This document shows positions 40,536 to 51,600 of a stretch of DNA of 64,000 nt, one piece after another. Position 1 is the stretch's first letter. Every line of letters starts with the position of its first letter. This DNA is from Caecitellus pseudoparvulus (lineage: Eukaryota > Protista > Bigyra: Bicosoecida), in assembly GCA_965644315.1 (NCBI GenBank), contig CBFFRQ010000030.1:186001-250000 (forward strand). The letters run 5' to 3'. The position numbers were made by a program, and so were the translations under genes. A model generated the notes under the pieces. That model was not told the origin of the DNA, did no database searches, and worked only from the letters and a program-made list of their open reading frames with translations.

Positions 40536-43028
40536 ATGGCCCAGGAAGCCCCTGTTGCTGTGCCCAGCAGCGCCACGGCGCCGGCTGCCGCTGTAGTGCC
40601 CCCCACAGCGGCAGCCGCTGTGCCACCGCTGCTGTTTGTGCCACCCCGACCGCCAGCCCTGCCCAGCAGCGCTGCCGCCGTGTCTCCGTACGTAGACTGG
40701 CGCAGCGGCGGGAAGATGTGGCTGCTGATCAAAGAAGGCATCCACATCATCCTGGACCGCATCCTGCTGAAGGACAACGCGCACCTGTCTGCGAAGTGCC
40801 CGCTGTACGGCCGGCTGAGCCGTGCGGAAAAACGGGCAGCAGTGCTCAACTACGCTTCCCGCATGGTGCTGAAGAAGTCCCTGCGGCGGGATGTGCTGGT
40901 GGACACCATTTCCATGTGTGTCTTCGAGGCCTGTGAGCAAGAGGCTGTCCTGGAGGCGCCCTCCCTGGACCTGAAAAAGAGCAAGTCCCGAGTCCCGTTC
41001 ATGCAAAAGGTCATGGGGGAGGCGATGCAGGAGCTGCTGGGCGCCAGCGCCAACGCGGAGGACGAAGAGGTAGCAGCGCACCTCATCAAGCAGACCGCCG
41101 GCGAGGCCATCATTGCCGACGCCGTGGACCGCATGCGGGACGTGTGGATGTCGGCCCAGGTGACGCTGTTTTTCGACCGCGTGTCGGAGAGCGACAAGCC
41201 CTCTCCCCTCGTGTACGACGTGGGGGTGGAGGACATCGTTGGCGTGCAGTACTTCCTGCCAGAGGTGCCTGCCCTCACCCCTGCCGCCGAGCGCGACCTG
41301 GCCGACGCCATTCGCCTGGACGAGTCTGACGCTGGCAAGGAAACGGTGTTTGCCGCCAACTTGAAGAAGGCCCTGAAGCTCATCCGGCAGTCCCGCAGGG
41401 GCCCGGGGGGGCTGGGCGAGGACGAGGAGGGACACGATGATGACCTGGGCAGTGTCATCACCACCGGCAGCGCCGAGTCCGCCTCTACCGCCGGCTCCGG
41501 CGCCGGCTCAGGTGGCGCCGAGTGGTGGGTGGACCAGTCCTGGATCCTGCGCCACTGCCAACTGCCAGCGACGGAGGTGGCGGGCCGGCTGCTGGAGGCG
41601 CCTGCTGCCTGGTTCGGCCAGTGGCGCAGCATGTCCACGGCAGAGCGGCGGGAGGTCATGTCCCTGTCCGCCGCTGAGACGTGCGACGTCATCGACCACC
41701 ACCCCCTGTGGTTCTCCCTGCGCGGCATGGTGGGCTGCAACCTCCTGCGAGACGGCATGTGGCCCATCATCTCCAACGACGGCCACCTGTCCTGCGTGCA
41801 CTTCTCCAAGGACTCCCGCTCTCGCTTCTGGTACGTGCCGGAGAACATGAACATCAGCGTGCTGTTCCCCATGTTCATGGCGTGGGGCCGCACCATGTCC
41901 GAGACCCTCAAGTTTGAGCTGCGCGCCATGGGGTGGGCGCTGGGGGAGGGCCGCCTGGATGAGGTGTCTCGGGGGGTGCAGTACCAGCTGGAGAACGCCG
42001 TGGTGTCGTTTGTTCTGTTCAAGATTGTGGCCAAGTGCATGCAGCGCCACGCCGCCCAGGCGGCCGCCAAGATGGCAGACATGCTCCTGCAGGAGGAGCT
42101 GGAGGCCGCCGCCGCGGCAGAGGCCAAGGAGGGCAAGAAGGCCGCCAAGAAGGCCAAGGAGCGCGCTCGCAAGGCGGAGGCGCGCGCCAAGGCGGAGGCC
42201 AAGGCCAAGGCGGAGGCAGAGGCCAAAGCCAAAGCAGAGGCGGAGGCGGCCGCGGCACAGGCAGCCGCTGCACGCGACAAGGCTGCTGCCAAGCTCAAGG
42301 CTGAGCGCCTGGCTGCGGCCCAAGCTCGGGCACAAGCCAGGGCTGCGCGGAGTGCCGCCAAGGCCAGCAGCGCCCAGGCCCAGCCGGTGCCAGGCGCCGG
42401 CCTGCCGCAGGAGGTCACTCCTGTCCCCCCCCCCACGGCGGAGGACGCGTCGGCGGGGTCCAGCCTCTCAGGCGGCTTCCCGGGCGACATGGGCTCCACC
42501 CTGGGCCTCGGCTTCGGCATGTCCCTCTCCTCCCTGGCAGGGGGCATGGGAGACCCCTCCGCGCTGGGCGTGAGCGGCAGCACCTCCTTGTTGCCTGGCA
42601 GCGACATGGCCGCCAGCGCCCCCGCCGATGCAGGCGCAGGGCTGACTGCCTTCCACTCGGGGCCAGAGTCGCATGACATGGCCGGTCTCTCGGCGCCCAG
42701 CACCGCAACCTCTCGCGGCTTGGCCCACGGCGGTCTGGGGGGGCTGGACATGCCCTGGCACCTGGGTCTGAGCCTGGGCCTGCCCTCCCAGCCATCCAGG
42801 TCGCGCCCTGCCACGTCAGCCAGCCCCTCCGACTTCAGCGGGCTGGGCTTTGGCGCCTCCATGTCCTCACTCTCTTCCCTTGGAATGGCGCCGACGTCTG
42901 CCTACGCATCCGATGCCCCCTCCTTGCCCGGCCTGCCAGGGCTGGCAGCAGCGCCGTCGGACTCGGGGCTGGGCCTGCCCACTTCTGGCTCGCGCGGCGC
43001 GGCCCAGGCTTCAAGCCAGGGCATGTAA
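40536..43028 (+). CDS. Hypothetical protein with an AEAKAK coiled coil and a Gly/Ser-rich tail
   Basis: Long ORF with strong GC3 bias; MADMLLQEELEAAAAAEAKEGKKAAKKAK charged helix. No family recognised. Confidence 0.75.
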   Translation: MAQEAPVAVPSSATAPAAAVVPPTAAAAVPPLLFVPPRPPALPSSAAAVSPYVDWRSGGKMWLLIKEGIHIILDRILLKDNAHLSAKCPLYGRLSRAEKRAAVLNYASRMVLKKSLRRDVLVDTISMCVFEACEQEAVLEAPSLDLKKSKSRVPFMQKVMGEAMQELLGASANAEDEEVAAHLIKQTAGEAIIADAVDRMRDVWMSAQVTLFFDRVSESDKPSPLVYDVGVEDIVGVQYFLPEVPALTPAAERDLADAIRLDESDAGKETVFAANLKKALKLIRQSRRGPGGLGEDEEGHDDDLGSVITTGSAESASTAGSGAGSGGAEWWVDQSWILRHCQLPATEVAGRLLEAPAAWFGQWRSMSTAERREVMSLSAAETCDVIDHHPLWFSLRGMVGCNLLRDGMWPIISNDGHLSCVHFSKDSRSRFWYVPENMNISVLFPMFMAWGRTMSETLKFELRAMGWALGEGRLDEVSRGVQYQLENAVVSFVLFKIVAKCMQRHAAQAAAKMADMLLQEELEAAAAAEAKEGKKAAKKAKERARKAEARAKAEAKAKAEAEAKAKAEAEAAAAQAAAARDKAAAKLKAERLAAAQARAQARAARSAAKASSAQAQPVPGAGLPQEVTPVPPPTAEDASAGSSLSGGFPGDMGSTLGLGFGMSLSSLAGGMGDPSALGVSGSTSLLPGSDMAASAPADAGAGLTAFHSGPESHDMAGLSAPSTATSRGLAHGGLGGLDMPWHLGLSLGLPSQPSRSRPATSASPSDFSGLGFGASMSSLSSLGMAPTSAYASDAPSLPGLPGLAAAPSDSGLGLPTSGSRGAAQASSQGM

Positions 43029-43151
43029 GCGCCCTTGGGACGCACAATGCACACCCTAGAACCTGTTACGTCCACTTTCGCGACTAAGGCTGCTTCTCTT
43101 CGAAACACATTCGGCCGCACGATGCGGAAGCTTCCGGGGGGTACAGTGTCT

Positions 43152-43157
43152 AAAAAA
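43152..43157 (-). terminator. RNA polymerase III oligo-T terminator of the 5S gene
   Basis: A6 on the + strand (T6 on -) directly downstream of the 5S 3' end. Confidence 0.8.
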
Positions 43158-43158
43158 G

Positions 43159-43279
43159 AATCAGCAGTACTCGGGATTCCCGTGTAGTCCCCTACCACAG
43201 TACTAACCGAGCTCGGCCCAGCTTGGCTTCCGGGTGCGGAATGGATCCGGGCATATCCTGGGCGATGTGACCGCTGCTG
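43159..43279 (-). rRNA. 5S rRNA gene, single dispersed copy
   Basis: Minus strand reads CAGCAGCGGTCACATCGCCCAGGATATGCCCGGATCCATTCCGCACCCGGAAGCCAAGCTGGGCCGAGCTCGGTTAGTACTGTGGTAGGGGACTACACGGGAATCCCGAGTACTGCTGATT. About 120 nt, with terminal helix CAGCAG/CTGCTG, a TTAGTAC...GGGAA loop-E motif, and a T run downstream. Confidence 0.92.
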
Positions 43280-43720
43280 GGAAGGGGAGTGCCAGCACAG
43301 TATCTAAGCCACAAAGCAGTGTTTGGTGGCTTCACCAATGCAGTGGGCACTCCCCCACGTGTAAAGCCTTGTAGGCTCATGGAGCAACACCTGCACACTG
43401 ACAAGGGTTGCTGCCTTGTCTTGAAGAGCTCTGTGGTGTTGCAACTCTGAACACGGCAGTGGCCACCGCAGCCACACTGCGGTGGCCTTGAGACCCAAGC
43501 CCGCGCGATGCTAGCAGCCCAGGGCAGGCGGGATCGGCAAAGCGGAGGTCAGTACGCGCAGAGTGTCACGTTTGTTGCGTTGGCACTCCCGCGGCTGCTC
43601 GGGTGGGGTCCACGTGGAACGGTCGCCGCACATTGGCCCGCGGCCACCAAAACCTACGGACTGGCTCAACCTGTGCGAGCCCTCCAGCGCCCACGGCATG
43701 GCGAGCTGATCTAAATTAGC

Positions 43721-45436
43721 ATGGCTTCGGATGACAGCAAAGGGGGCGCAGTGCCCCCAACAGCCCCCTCTGAGCCTGTGGCAGAGCCCACACCTGCTGC
43801 TGCCGCTGCCAAGAGCGCCAGCGCTGAAGGCAGCGGGAAGAAGACCCGCAGGGGTGGGAAGAAGTCAGGTGGAGCTGCTGCGGCACCCAGCACTGCGGCA
43901 GCAGCTGCTGGCGGTGGTGGCACGAGCAAGGACACCTTTGGTATCAGCCCGTCAGACATGACGAGGGAGCAGGTGCGTGCAGGGGAGGTGGAGCCAGGCG
44001 CCTTCCTCCGTTCACGCTGCGCCACGCGCCCGACACAGCTGCTGAGGTTGCTGGGACAGGACCCATCTGCAGCATCTACGGAGAAGAAGCACAAGTTCTG
44101 GGACACGCAGCCAGTGCCCAAGATCTGTGCGTGCTGCGCAGCGGGCGTGCCAGGGGTTGCCCGTCAAAGTCCGCACCTGCTGCCACCAGCGCAAGCCTCC
44201 AACAGCGGCAGCGGCGGCCACACACACAGCGCCCCGCCCCTGTGCAGCTGAGACTGTGGCAGACTGCGGTCCAATCGACACGGTGAAGTCGCCTTCAGAC
44301 GTTCGTGCGACGCCATACCCCCTGCCCACTGGCTTTGAGTGGTCCACCGTCAACGTGGACGACGAGGAGGAGCTGCGGGAGCTGTACACCCTCCTGACCG
44401 AGAACTACGTGGAGGATGACGACAACATGTTCCGATTCGACTACTCAGCGGCGTTCCTCAAGTGGTGCGTGCCGCACACCCCGCAGAGCAAGGCGCTTCC
44501 CATCCCACACGAGCCGCTCCACCCCACCCACGCTTGCACAGGGCGTTGACGCCGACAGGCTTCATCCCAGACTGGCTCGTGGGCTTGCGGCGCAGCAAGA
44601 CGGGCGCCTTGATGGCCTTCATCGCCGGCATTCCCGTGCAGTGCCAGGTGTACGGGGAGAAGATCAGCATGTGCGAGATCAACTTCCTCTGTGTGCACAA
44701 GAAGCTGCGGGAGAAGCGCCTGGCGCCTGTGCTGATCAAGGAAGTCACGCGCCGCGTCAACATCACAGACGTGTGGCAGGCTGTGTACACGGCGGGGGTT
44801 GTGCTGCCCAAGCCCGTGTCTGCCTGTGGCTACTTCCACCGGCCCCTGAACCCCAAGAAGCTCGTCGAGGTGGGCTTCTCCCGCACCACCAGCCGGATGA
44901 CCCTGCCCCGCATGATTCGCCTGCACAAGGTGCCCACCCAGCCCAGCATCCAAGGCATCCGCCCCATGACGCCAGAGGACGTGCCTGTGTGCCACAAGAT
45001 GCTGTGCGAGTTCCTGACCAAGTTCGACTTGTACCTGCACTTCGAGTCGGAGGCAGAGTTCGCACACTGGCTCCTGCCTCGGGAGGGCGTCGTGAACTCC
45101 TACGTCGTAGACGGCCAAGACGGCGTGAGCGACTTCTTTTCCTTCTACCACTTGCCCTCCTCCGTCATCGGCAACGCGAAGCATGACAAGCTGAATGCCG
45201 TGTACGCCTTCTACACCGTGCCCAAGGCGCACACCCTGCTGGAGCTGATGCGGGACGCACTGGTCATGGCCAAGAGCATTGGTGCCGACGTGTTCAACGC
45301 CTTGGACCTGCAGGACAATGCCGAGTTTCTCAGCGAGCTGCGCTTCGGGCCCGGGGACGGCAAGCTGCAGTACTACCTGTACAACTGGAAGTGCCCACAG
45401 ATGCCGGCCAACAAGGTTGGCATTGTCATGCTCTGA
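43721..45436 (+). CDS. NMT: Glycylpeptide N-myristoyltransferase, about 4 exons
   Basis: HKFWDTQPVP, LLTENYVEDDDNMFRFDYS, EINFLCVHKKLREKRLAPVLIKEVTRR, QAVYTAG and FGPGDGKLQYYLYNW. Confidence 0.97.
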
Positions 45437-45878
45437 GCACATCAGCCTGGCCCAGAATGCATCGCAGATGCCCTGCGCGTGGCAAAACGTGTGGCACGAA
45501 CCTGCCCCTGTGTGAAGTGGAGGCTCCCCGCTCCCGGCTGAGAGAGAGGCACAGCACACTGCCTGCCCTTGGTTGGGCCAGCCGCTGTCGCCCATGGCGC
45601 TGGTGTCTGCGACGGGGCTGTTCCAGTCGCCCCAGCAGCGAATTCGGTCCTTGAAACTCAAGCTAGATGCTCTCTGCCAAGCTTCGTACACGCTGGCTCA
45701 GCAGCTGCAGCTCCTCGAGGCCGCTGGAGATGCTGCGGGTGAGTGGTGCAGCGTCGCAGCGACGGGACCCGCTGCAATTTGCTCGCTGGCCCCCGGAGGT
45801 GCTTTTCATGAGAACTCCTTGCGCCCACGACACCCAGATGACACATCTACATCGGATTCGCGCGTAGCACCGGGGTCA

Positions 45879-48626
45879 ATGTCGCTTGTTCCTGCACCAG
45901 GCTCCCGCGGCGCAGGGGCGCCACCCCGCCCAGCAAGCAGTGACCCACAGGCTCGCAGCATGGAGGAGCTGAGGGCCATGCCGCGCAGCTCCGTCCTGGA
46001 GCTTTGCTGCACGCTGCAAAGGCGGCTCAAAACTGCCCGCCTGTCAAACTCCTCTGCCCGGACAGCTCTCTCTGATGGCGTGGCTGCAGTGCAACGACAG
46101 AGCGATGCGGTGGCGAAAGAAGCCGAAGGTCTGCTGCAGCAGGCCACCGCCAGCTCAGAGCTTGTCCTGCAAGGCACACACGCCGCGGCACACGAGCACG
46201 GGGGGGACGCTCCTCCCTTGTCCTCCTCTGTCGTCGACATTTCCAGTGACTCGGTCCTCCGGCGGTGGGCCGAGCTGCGCCGACGCAGCACGTTGGACCG
46301 CCACGATGCAGAGCTGCTCGCAGTGCTCTCATACACCCGTGAAGTGGCAAACCGCCTCGAAAGCGAGCGAGCAAATGGCCAGACTCTCCGTGCGCGCCTA
46401 GCAGCAACTGTGGAGCCGCTACGGGCTGCACAAGCCTTGCGGGAGGAAGTCATTGCCTCCAACGCAGCTGCCACAGAAGCGCGGCGCGTTGCTGCGCAGC
46501 GCATGGAAGACATCTCCAAGGCCATGGAAGAGACCCACCAGGCTATGCTGCGTGCGGATGCTCAGCATGCCTCCCAGCTCGCAGAACGGGACGCCTTGCT
46601 CACCCGGCAAGAGACTCATGCAACACACGCAGCCAGCGTCGCTGCGACCCAAATCTCTGCGCTGCAGGAGCGCTTGCGCAGTGTGCAGAGCAAGGGCTCT
46701 GTGCTGCACGCCCAGGTGTCTGGTCTGAAGAGCATGGTGAAGCAGGCAGGCCTTCAAGCACAGCACCAGCAAACGGTGCTGCAGGGCGCCATCCAGCAGG
46801 CGCTGCGAGAACTGCGAGAGAAGCTTAGCGAGGCAGCAGAGTCCAGTGCAGAAGCCGAAGAGCGAGCCACTGCGGCAGAGGCGAAGTTGCAGGCGTGGAA
46901 AGACAAATACGCAGAGGCAGCGCGCACTGCGGCGCAGGCCACAGAGGTTGCAGGGCACCACCGGGCTCGCATGCTGGCTGCCCAAGCTGAGGTGGTGCGC
47001 GTGGAGCAGCAGCGAGACGAAGCCCGAGAAGGCAGGGCAGCAGCGAAAAAGGCACAGAAAGCGGCGGAGGCGGCCAAGCGCAAGGCAGAGGCAGCCCGTG
47101 ACGACGTCAAGGTGGCCCTCATCGCCTCCCAGCGCCAGGTCGCAGTACTGAAGGCATCAGTGGAGCAAGAGAAGGCTGCAGCCTCCAGCGCCCTTGCTCG
47201 GGCCAAGGCTGCAGACCAAGCGAAACGAGCTGCGACGGGTGCTCAAGGCAAGTTGGTGCAGGAGTGTGCTGCTGCGAAGCGCAAGGCCTCTGACTTGCAG
47301 CGAGCCCTGGACAAGGTGCGCAACTCAGGCGCTGCTCAGGCTCGAAAGGCAAGGCAGCACAAACCTGCCATGGGTGAGATGGGTGTACAGACTGATGCTG
47401 TGTGCGCACTTGGTCCCAAGCTGGCACCCCCTGGCCTGGGTGCCGCTGGCGCCGAGGCTGGCGAAGTGGCGGAGGAGTCCCCAGAGTCACCCGCTCCCGC
47501 GGCCCCCCTCGCCGCCCCACAGGACTCAAGCCAAAGCACTAGACTCGCAGATGAAGACACAGTACCAGGCCAGAGCAATGTGCCGTTGGGAGTCGCAGGG
47601 CCTGACTCTAAGCGAACAGGGGAAGCTCCACCTGGTGCCCTAGGCTTGGCGATGCAGCAAGAGCTGCACGCGGCTCTTGCCTCGGTGGCTGAGCTGCAAG
47701 AAGCCCTGGAAAAGAAACAAGCGCAAGTAACTGAGTTGGAACAGAGGCTGGAAGCTTCCAACGCGGCCAAAGCGGCCATGGACACGGACAAGGCGTCTCT
47801 ACAAGCTGCGCTGGCCAGTGTTGAGAGCCTGTTGCAGAGCTTGGGCACGGCTCCGTTCTCTGCAGCAGCAGAGGCGGCCATGCGTGCTCCTCAGAGCCCT
47901 TCCTTGACACGGCAAAGTTCTGATGATGCAGAAAAGGCCCGTGCTAGGGCAGCCAAGCGTGCCCAGTTGGCGGCACGGCGCAAGGAGCTGCAGGCGGAGT
48001 GTGCGGCAACTGAGAGCTTGCTGGCTGCTGCTCGCCAGGAGCGAGCAGAGTCTGAGGCGGCTTCGAAAATCATGGTGTTCATGACCAACTTCACCGCAGA
48101 GGGGCGCTTCGCTAGCGCGGTTCGGGGCATCCTCGCCAATCGGCGCCTCATCAGCCGGCTGCGCATGAAGCAAGGCAAGCCCGGCGGTGCACACGCGCCG
48201 CACAGTGCAAGCAAGCAGTCTCCGCCACCGCGTCGACTGCACTCGCCCAGTCTGTCTGCTGCAGGCAGCCCCCTGTCTGCGTCATCCCCTGGCAAGCAGC
48301 GGGCCCCAGGCGGGTCGCCTTCGGCTGGCTCCCCCCGCAGAGGCATGGATCGCCAGCGCCGTAATACGCTCACCGCCTTCTTGAAGTCCTCATCTGTGCG
48401 CACAGCGCTCGCTCCCACTTCCGGCCTGCAAGGCTCCATCCAAGAGGAGGTTTCTGCGGACGCCCTCCGGGATTCAAGTGTGGAGTCTGGCGGCAGCACG
48501 TTCAACCTGGATGTGCCCGCTGCTGTGCTGGGGCCGGCGCCCGTGCCCGTCCAGCCTCGCCCACAGCACAAGCCGGTCAGCCCACCAAAGGCCCCACGTC
48601 CTCCCCCCCGTCCCGCAGCGCCGTAA
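45879..48626 (+). CDS. Long coiled-coil protein of unknown function
   Basis: About 900-aa A/E/Q/R/K-rich heptad-type ORF. The start codon is uncertain (ORF is open from 45573). Confidence 0.7.
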   Translation: MSLVPAPGSRGAGAPPRPASSDPQARSMEELRAMPRSSVLELCCTLQRRLKTARLSNSSARTALSDGVAAVQRQSDAVAKEAEGLLQQATASSELVLQGTHAAAHEHGGDAPPLSSSVVDISSDSVLRRWAELRRRSTLDRHDAELLAVLSYTREVANRLESERANGQTLRARLAATVEPLRAAQALREEVIASNAAATEARRVAAQRMEDISKAMEETHQAMLRADAQHASQLAERDALLTRQETHATHAASVAATQISALQERLRSVQSKGSVLHAQVSGLKSMVKQAGLQAQHQQTVLQGAIQQALRELREKLSEAAESSAEAEERATAAEAKLQAWKDKYAEAARTAAQATEVAGHHRARMLAAQAEVVRVEQQRDEAREGRAAAKKAQKAAEAAKRKAEAARDDVKVALIASQRQVAVLKASVEQEKAAASSALARAKAADQAKRAATGAQGKLVQECAAAKRKASDLQRALDKVRNSGAAQARKARQHKPAMGEMGVQTDAVCALGPKLAPPGLGAAGAEAGEVAEESPESPAPAAPLAAPQDSSQSTRLADEDTVPGQSNVPLGVAGPDSKRTGEAPPGALGLAMQQELHAALASVAELQEALEKKQAQVTELEQRLEASNAAKAAMDTDKASLQAALASVESLLQSLGTAPFSAAAEAAMRAPQSPSLTRQSSDDAEKARARAAKRAQLAARRKELQAECAATESLLAAARQERAESEAASKIMVFMTNFTAEGRFASAVRGILANRRLISRLRMKQGKPGGAHAPHSASKQSPPPRRLHSPSLSAAGSPLSASSPGKQRAPGGSPSAGSPRRGMDRQRRNTLTAFLKSSSVRTALAPTSGLQGSIQEEVSADALRDSSVESGGSTFNLDVPAAVLGPAPVPVQPRPQHKPVSPPKAPRPPPRPAAP

Positions 48627-48667
48627 TGTGAGTGCACTGTGCTCCTGTTTCGTGAATGCATTGTGTT

Positions 48668-51600
48668 CTACTGCGTGGGGGACACGCCTCTCCCCAGAGG
48701 GGACCCCGCCGAAGGGGGCGGCATCGTGAACGTGCTTTCAGAGGCAGGCACAGCGGAGCTGAACGTACCTGTCAGCCCGGCCGCTGCCATGCGTGCCTGC
48801 AGGTCCTGTGCGAAGCGTGCTGCTTCTTCTGTGTACCAGGCCGAGTCCAGCTGGCTTGGCAGGTCGGCTGGGCCCGTTGCTCCTGCACCCCTGCTGGCCA
48901 CGCTGGGCACTGACACTCCAGGCACCACGCGCTGCGTGCCAGGGGGGGGCCTGCTGGAGGGTGGGGGTGGCGGAGGGGGTGGTGGGGCGCCTCCCCCCAC
49001 CTCGTCCATGGGCATTCCTGGGGGCGGAGGCGGGAAGCTGGGCTGGCCCGGGCTGGTGGTAGAGAAGTCCACGTACTCGTACGCTGGGGCTCGCCTGGCT
49101 GAGTCCGGTGCGGGTGGCGCGGCGTGCATGCGAGCAGCCTCCTGCTGCATGCCAACCCGGATGTCCTCTGCACTGATCCACAACGCAGGGTCCTCGTACG
49201 TGAACTCATCAGGGGCGTACTCCACTGCCCCCCCCGCGTCCACTTCCGGCGCTGCACGGTTGGGGTCCAGGAAGGGTCCGCCACTGCCACTGCGCCGTCT
49301 GTGGCCTCCGCCGCCCTGTCCTCTCAGCTGGCGCTCCCACTTTGGAGCTTCAGACACGTCTGGCTGGGGGGGTGCGTGGCGCCGTGCCATGCCGCGTGGG
49401 GCTCTTTGAGGGGCACTGGCATGGCCCCCACCCTCCGCTTCCCCTCCGTCGCCGTACACACGCCCCACCACGAAATCTGCACGGCCAATGCTCTTTGCAC
49501 GCTGCGCTGACCGGCCTGAACGCACTGGAAGACTGGACCCCTCGCCTCCAGAGCGAGCGTAGCCTGGACGCTGGTGAGCAGGCATGGCTTTGCCCTTGCT
49601 TGCACTCTCTGCTGCCGTGCCTGGCGCACGGGGCGGCAGGGCACCAGCGGCCTTCTGGCTCTCCACCCGGCTCACTGTCTTGGGCTTCACGTGCGACCAG
49701 TCCACTTTGTGAAACGTCGCCTTGCCCCGGCGTGACTTCCCCTCCGCAGGAGGTTGCTTGCGGGGGGCTGCCGCGGACTGGCCGTAGCCACTGCTGCTGA
49801 CACTGGCCTTGCCCGGCTTCTTGCTCCCATCGCCCTTGGCAGTGACGAGGGACTTATACATCCCCTGCAAGCGTGCAGAGGTGTGCTTTTGGGGATCGGG
49901 GGGCACCAGCAGCGCAGCCACTTTCACGCGCCCACGCACGGCAGCGCCTTCCTGCTCCCGCGACCGCAGCGGCAGCCAAGCCTCCCTCACCGCAGTCACC
50001 GCGCTGCTTTCGAAGGCGCCCACTTCGTCCAGAGGCAGCGCAGCCCACCCCAAAAAGGTGTCCTTCGCAAAGCGGTCCGAGTCCCGCACCTCCACACGCA
50101 GGTCCACGGCAGCCCACTTCATGCTGGGCCAGTGCTGCACCGGGGATGTGGGCACTTGCTCGCTCAGGCGGCGCAGGGCGTCGTCCCCCAGCTCCGGCTC
50201 GACAGGCAGCGCACCGGCGGCCTGCGCAGCGCGCTCAACCTCTGGCTCCAGCACCGCCCGCAGCTCCACTTCAACGCTGGGCGCGCCACCCACTGCCCTG
50301 GCCCGGTCCTCCGCCGCATCTGCGACGCGCAGGGGAATGGTCAGCACGCATACTTTGCGCCAGGAGGGGCTCAGCGTGCCTTGCACGATGCCTGTCTGCC
50401 GCCGAGGGCCGAGGACGGAGACTGTCGTGCCTGCAGTTTCGCTGGTGCCCAGTCCGTACACGTCCTCAGGAGGGGTGTCAGGATGCAGCGACGCGCCCTT
50501 CACTGTGCGCCGGACCAGGTATGCCTCTGCAAAGGGGTCCCGGGAGGACGCCGACTTTGGGGCGGCGGCACTGCCCGACGCGGACGCATCTCGCGCCATG
50601 CCGGGTCCAGGGGCCAGTGTGTTCGGGTCGGTGCGGCCGGGAGCCAGCCCCTCCGCCTCGTCGATGCACAGCACCACCCTCCAGCGCGCCGAGCTGGGCA
50701 GCGTGCTTGCGACGCCAGCCAGTCCCTCAGGCTTCTTGGCCTCGTCTTTGGCCTGTCTGCGCTGTTTGTGCCATGGCTTCGCAGGGGCTTCCGCACCGCC
50801 ACCCGACTCGGACCGGGGTGGGTGGTCGCCGGGTGCCCCAGGTGCAGAGGTGGCGCCCGCCCCTCCCTTGGCTGCCTTGCGCTTGGCGTTGCGCTGCCGG
50901 ACCTTCGCGCCATAGTCCATGGCCTTGCGGCCGAGAGCGCCACCCTTCGGGGCTGCGCGCTTCGACCGGATGGCCAGCGGAGGCGCTGCCTGTGCGGCCT
51001 TGGCAGGCGCGAGGGTGCCGGCCTGCGCGGCCTTCACCCAGGCCTGCGCTAGAGCTGCACCCGATGCCGTCCCCAGTTGTGCGTGCAGGGAGTCGATGCT
51101 GGCAGATATCTGCTGTTGAAGTTGTGCCATGAAGGCGTTCGCGGCTGGGTCGTCTTCTTCCCCGGCCGCCTCGGCAGCGGCCGCCTGCCGCTGCTCTGTC
51201 TGCAGCATGCTGCGCGTGTCGCGCACTTCCCTGCACAGCTGGGTCACTTGCGGGCTTCGAAACAGACTGCGCACTTGCCAGCCTCGCAGCAAGCCTGGCA
51301 AGGCAGCTTGCAGCTGGTGCCCCACTTGGCTCCACGCTGTTGCCCATGCTTCGCTGGGCGGTTGGGCGCTCGGAGCATTGGGCCCACGAGGGGAAGCGTG
51401 AGTGCTGGCCTGGGTCGGGCTCCCGCTGAAGGGGGGCTGCTCTGTTGGCGCTGGCAAGGTGGGTGGCGCCTGCTCAGCTGCCGCAGCAGCCGCGTGAAGC
51501 TGGCGCATGTGCTGCATCATGGCGTCTGTATCCGCATCCGCCTGCGCCAGGCTGCCGTCAGGCCCTGCGGCTCCCGGCAGGGCGACGGGCTCAGAGTCGA

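Noticed and set aside
43284-43355. SECIS element (GUGA...AAA...GA on the minus strand)
   Set aside because: The helix is too short for a SECIS, and no nearby UGA-containing selenoprotein ORF lies upstream on that strand.
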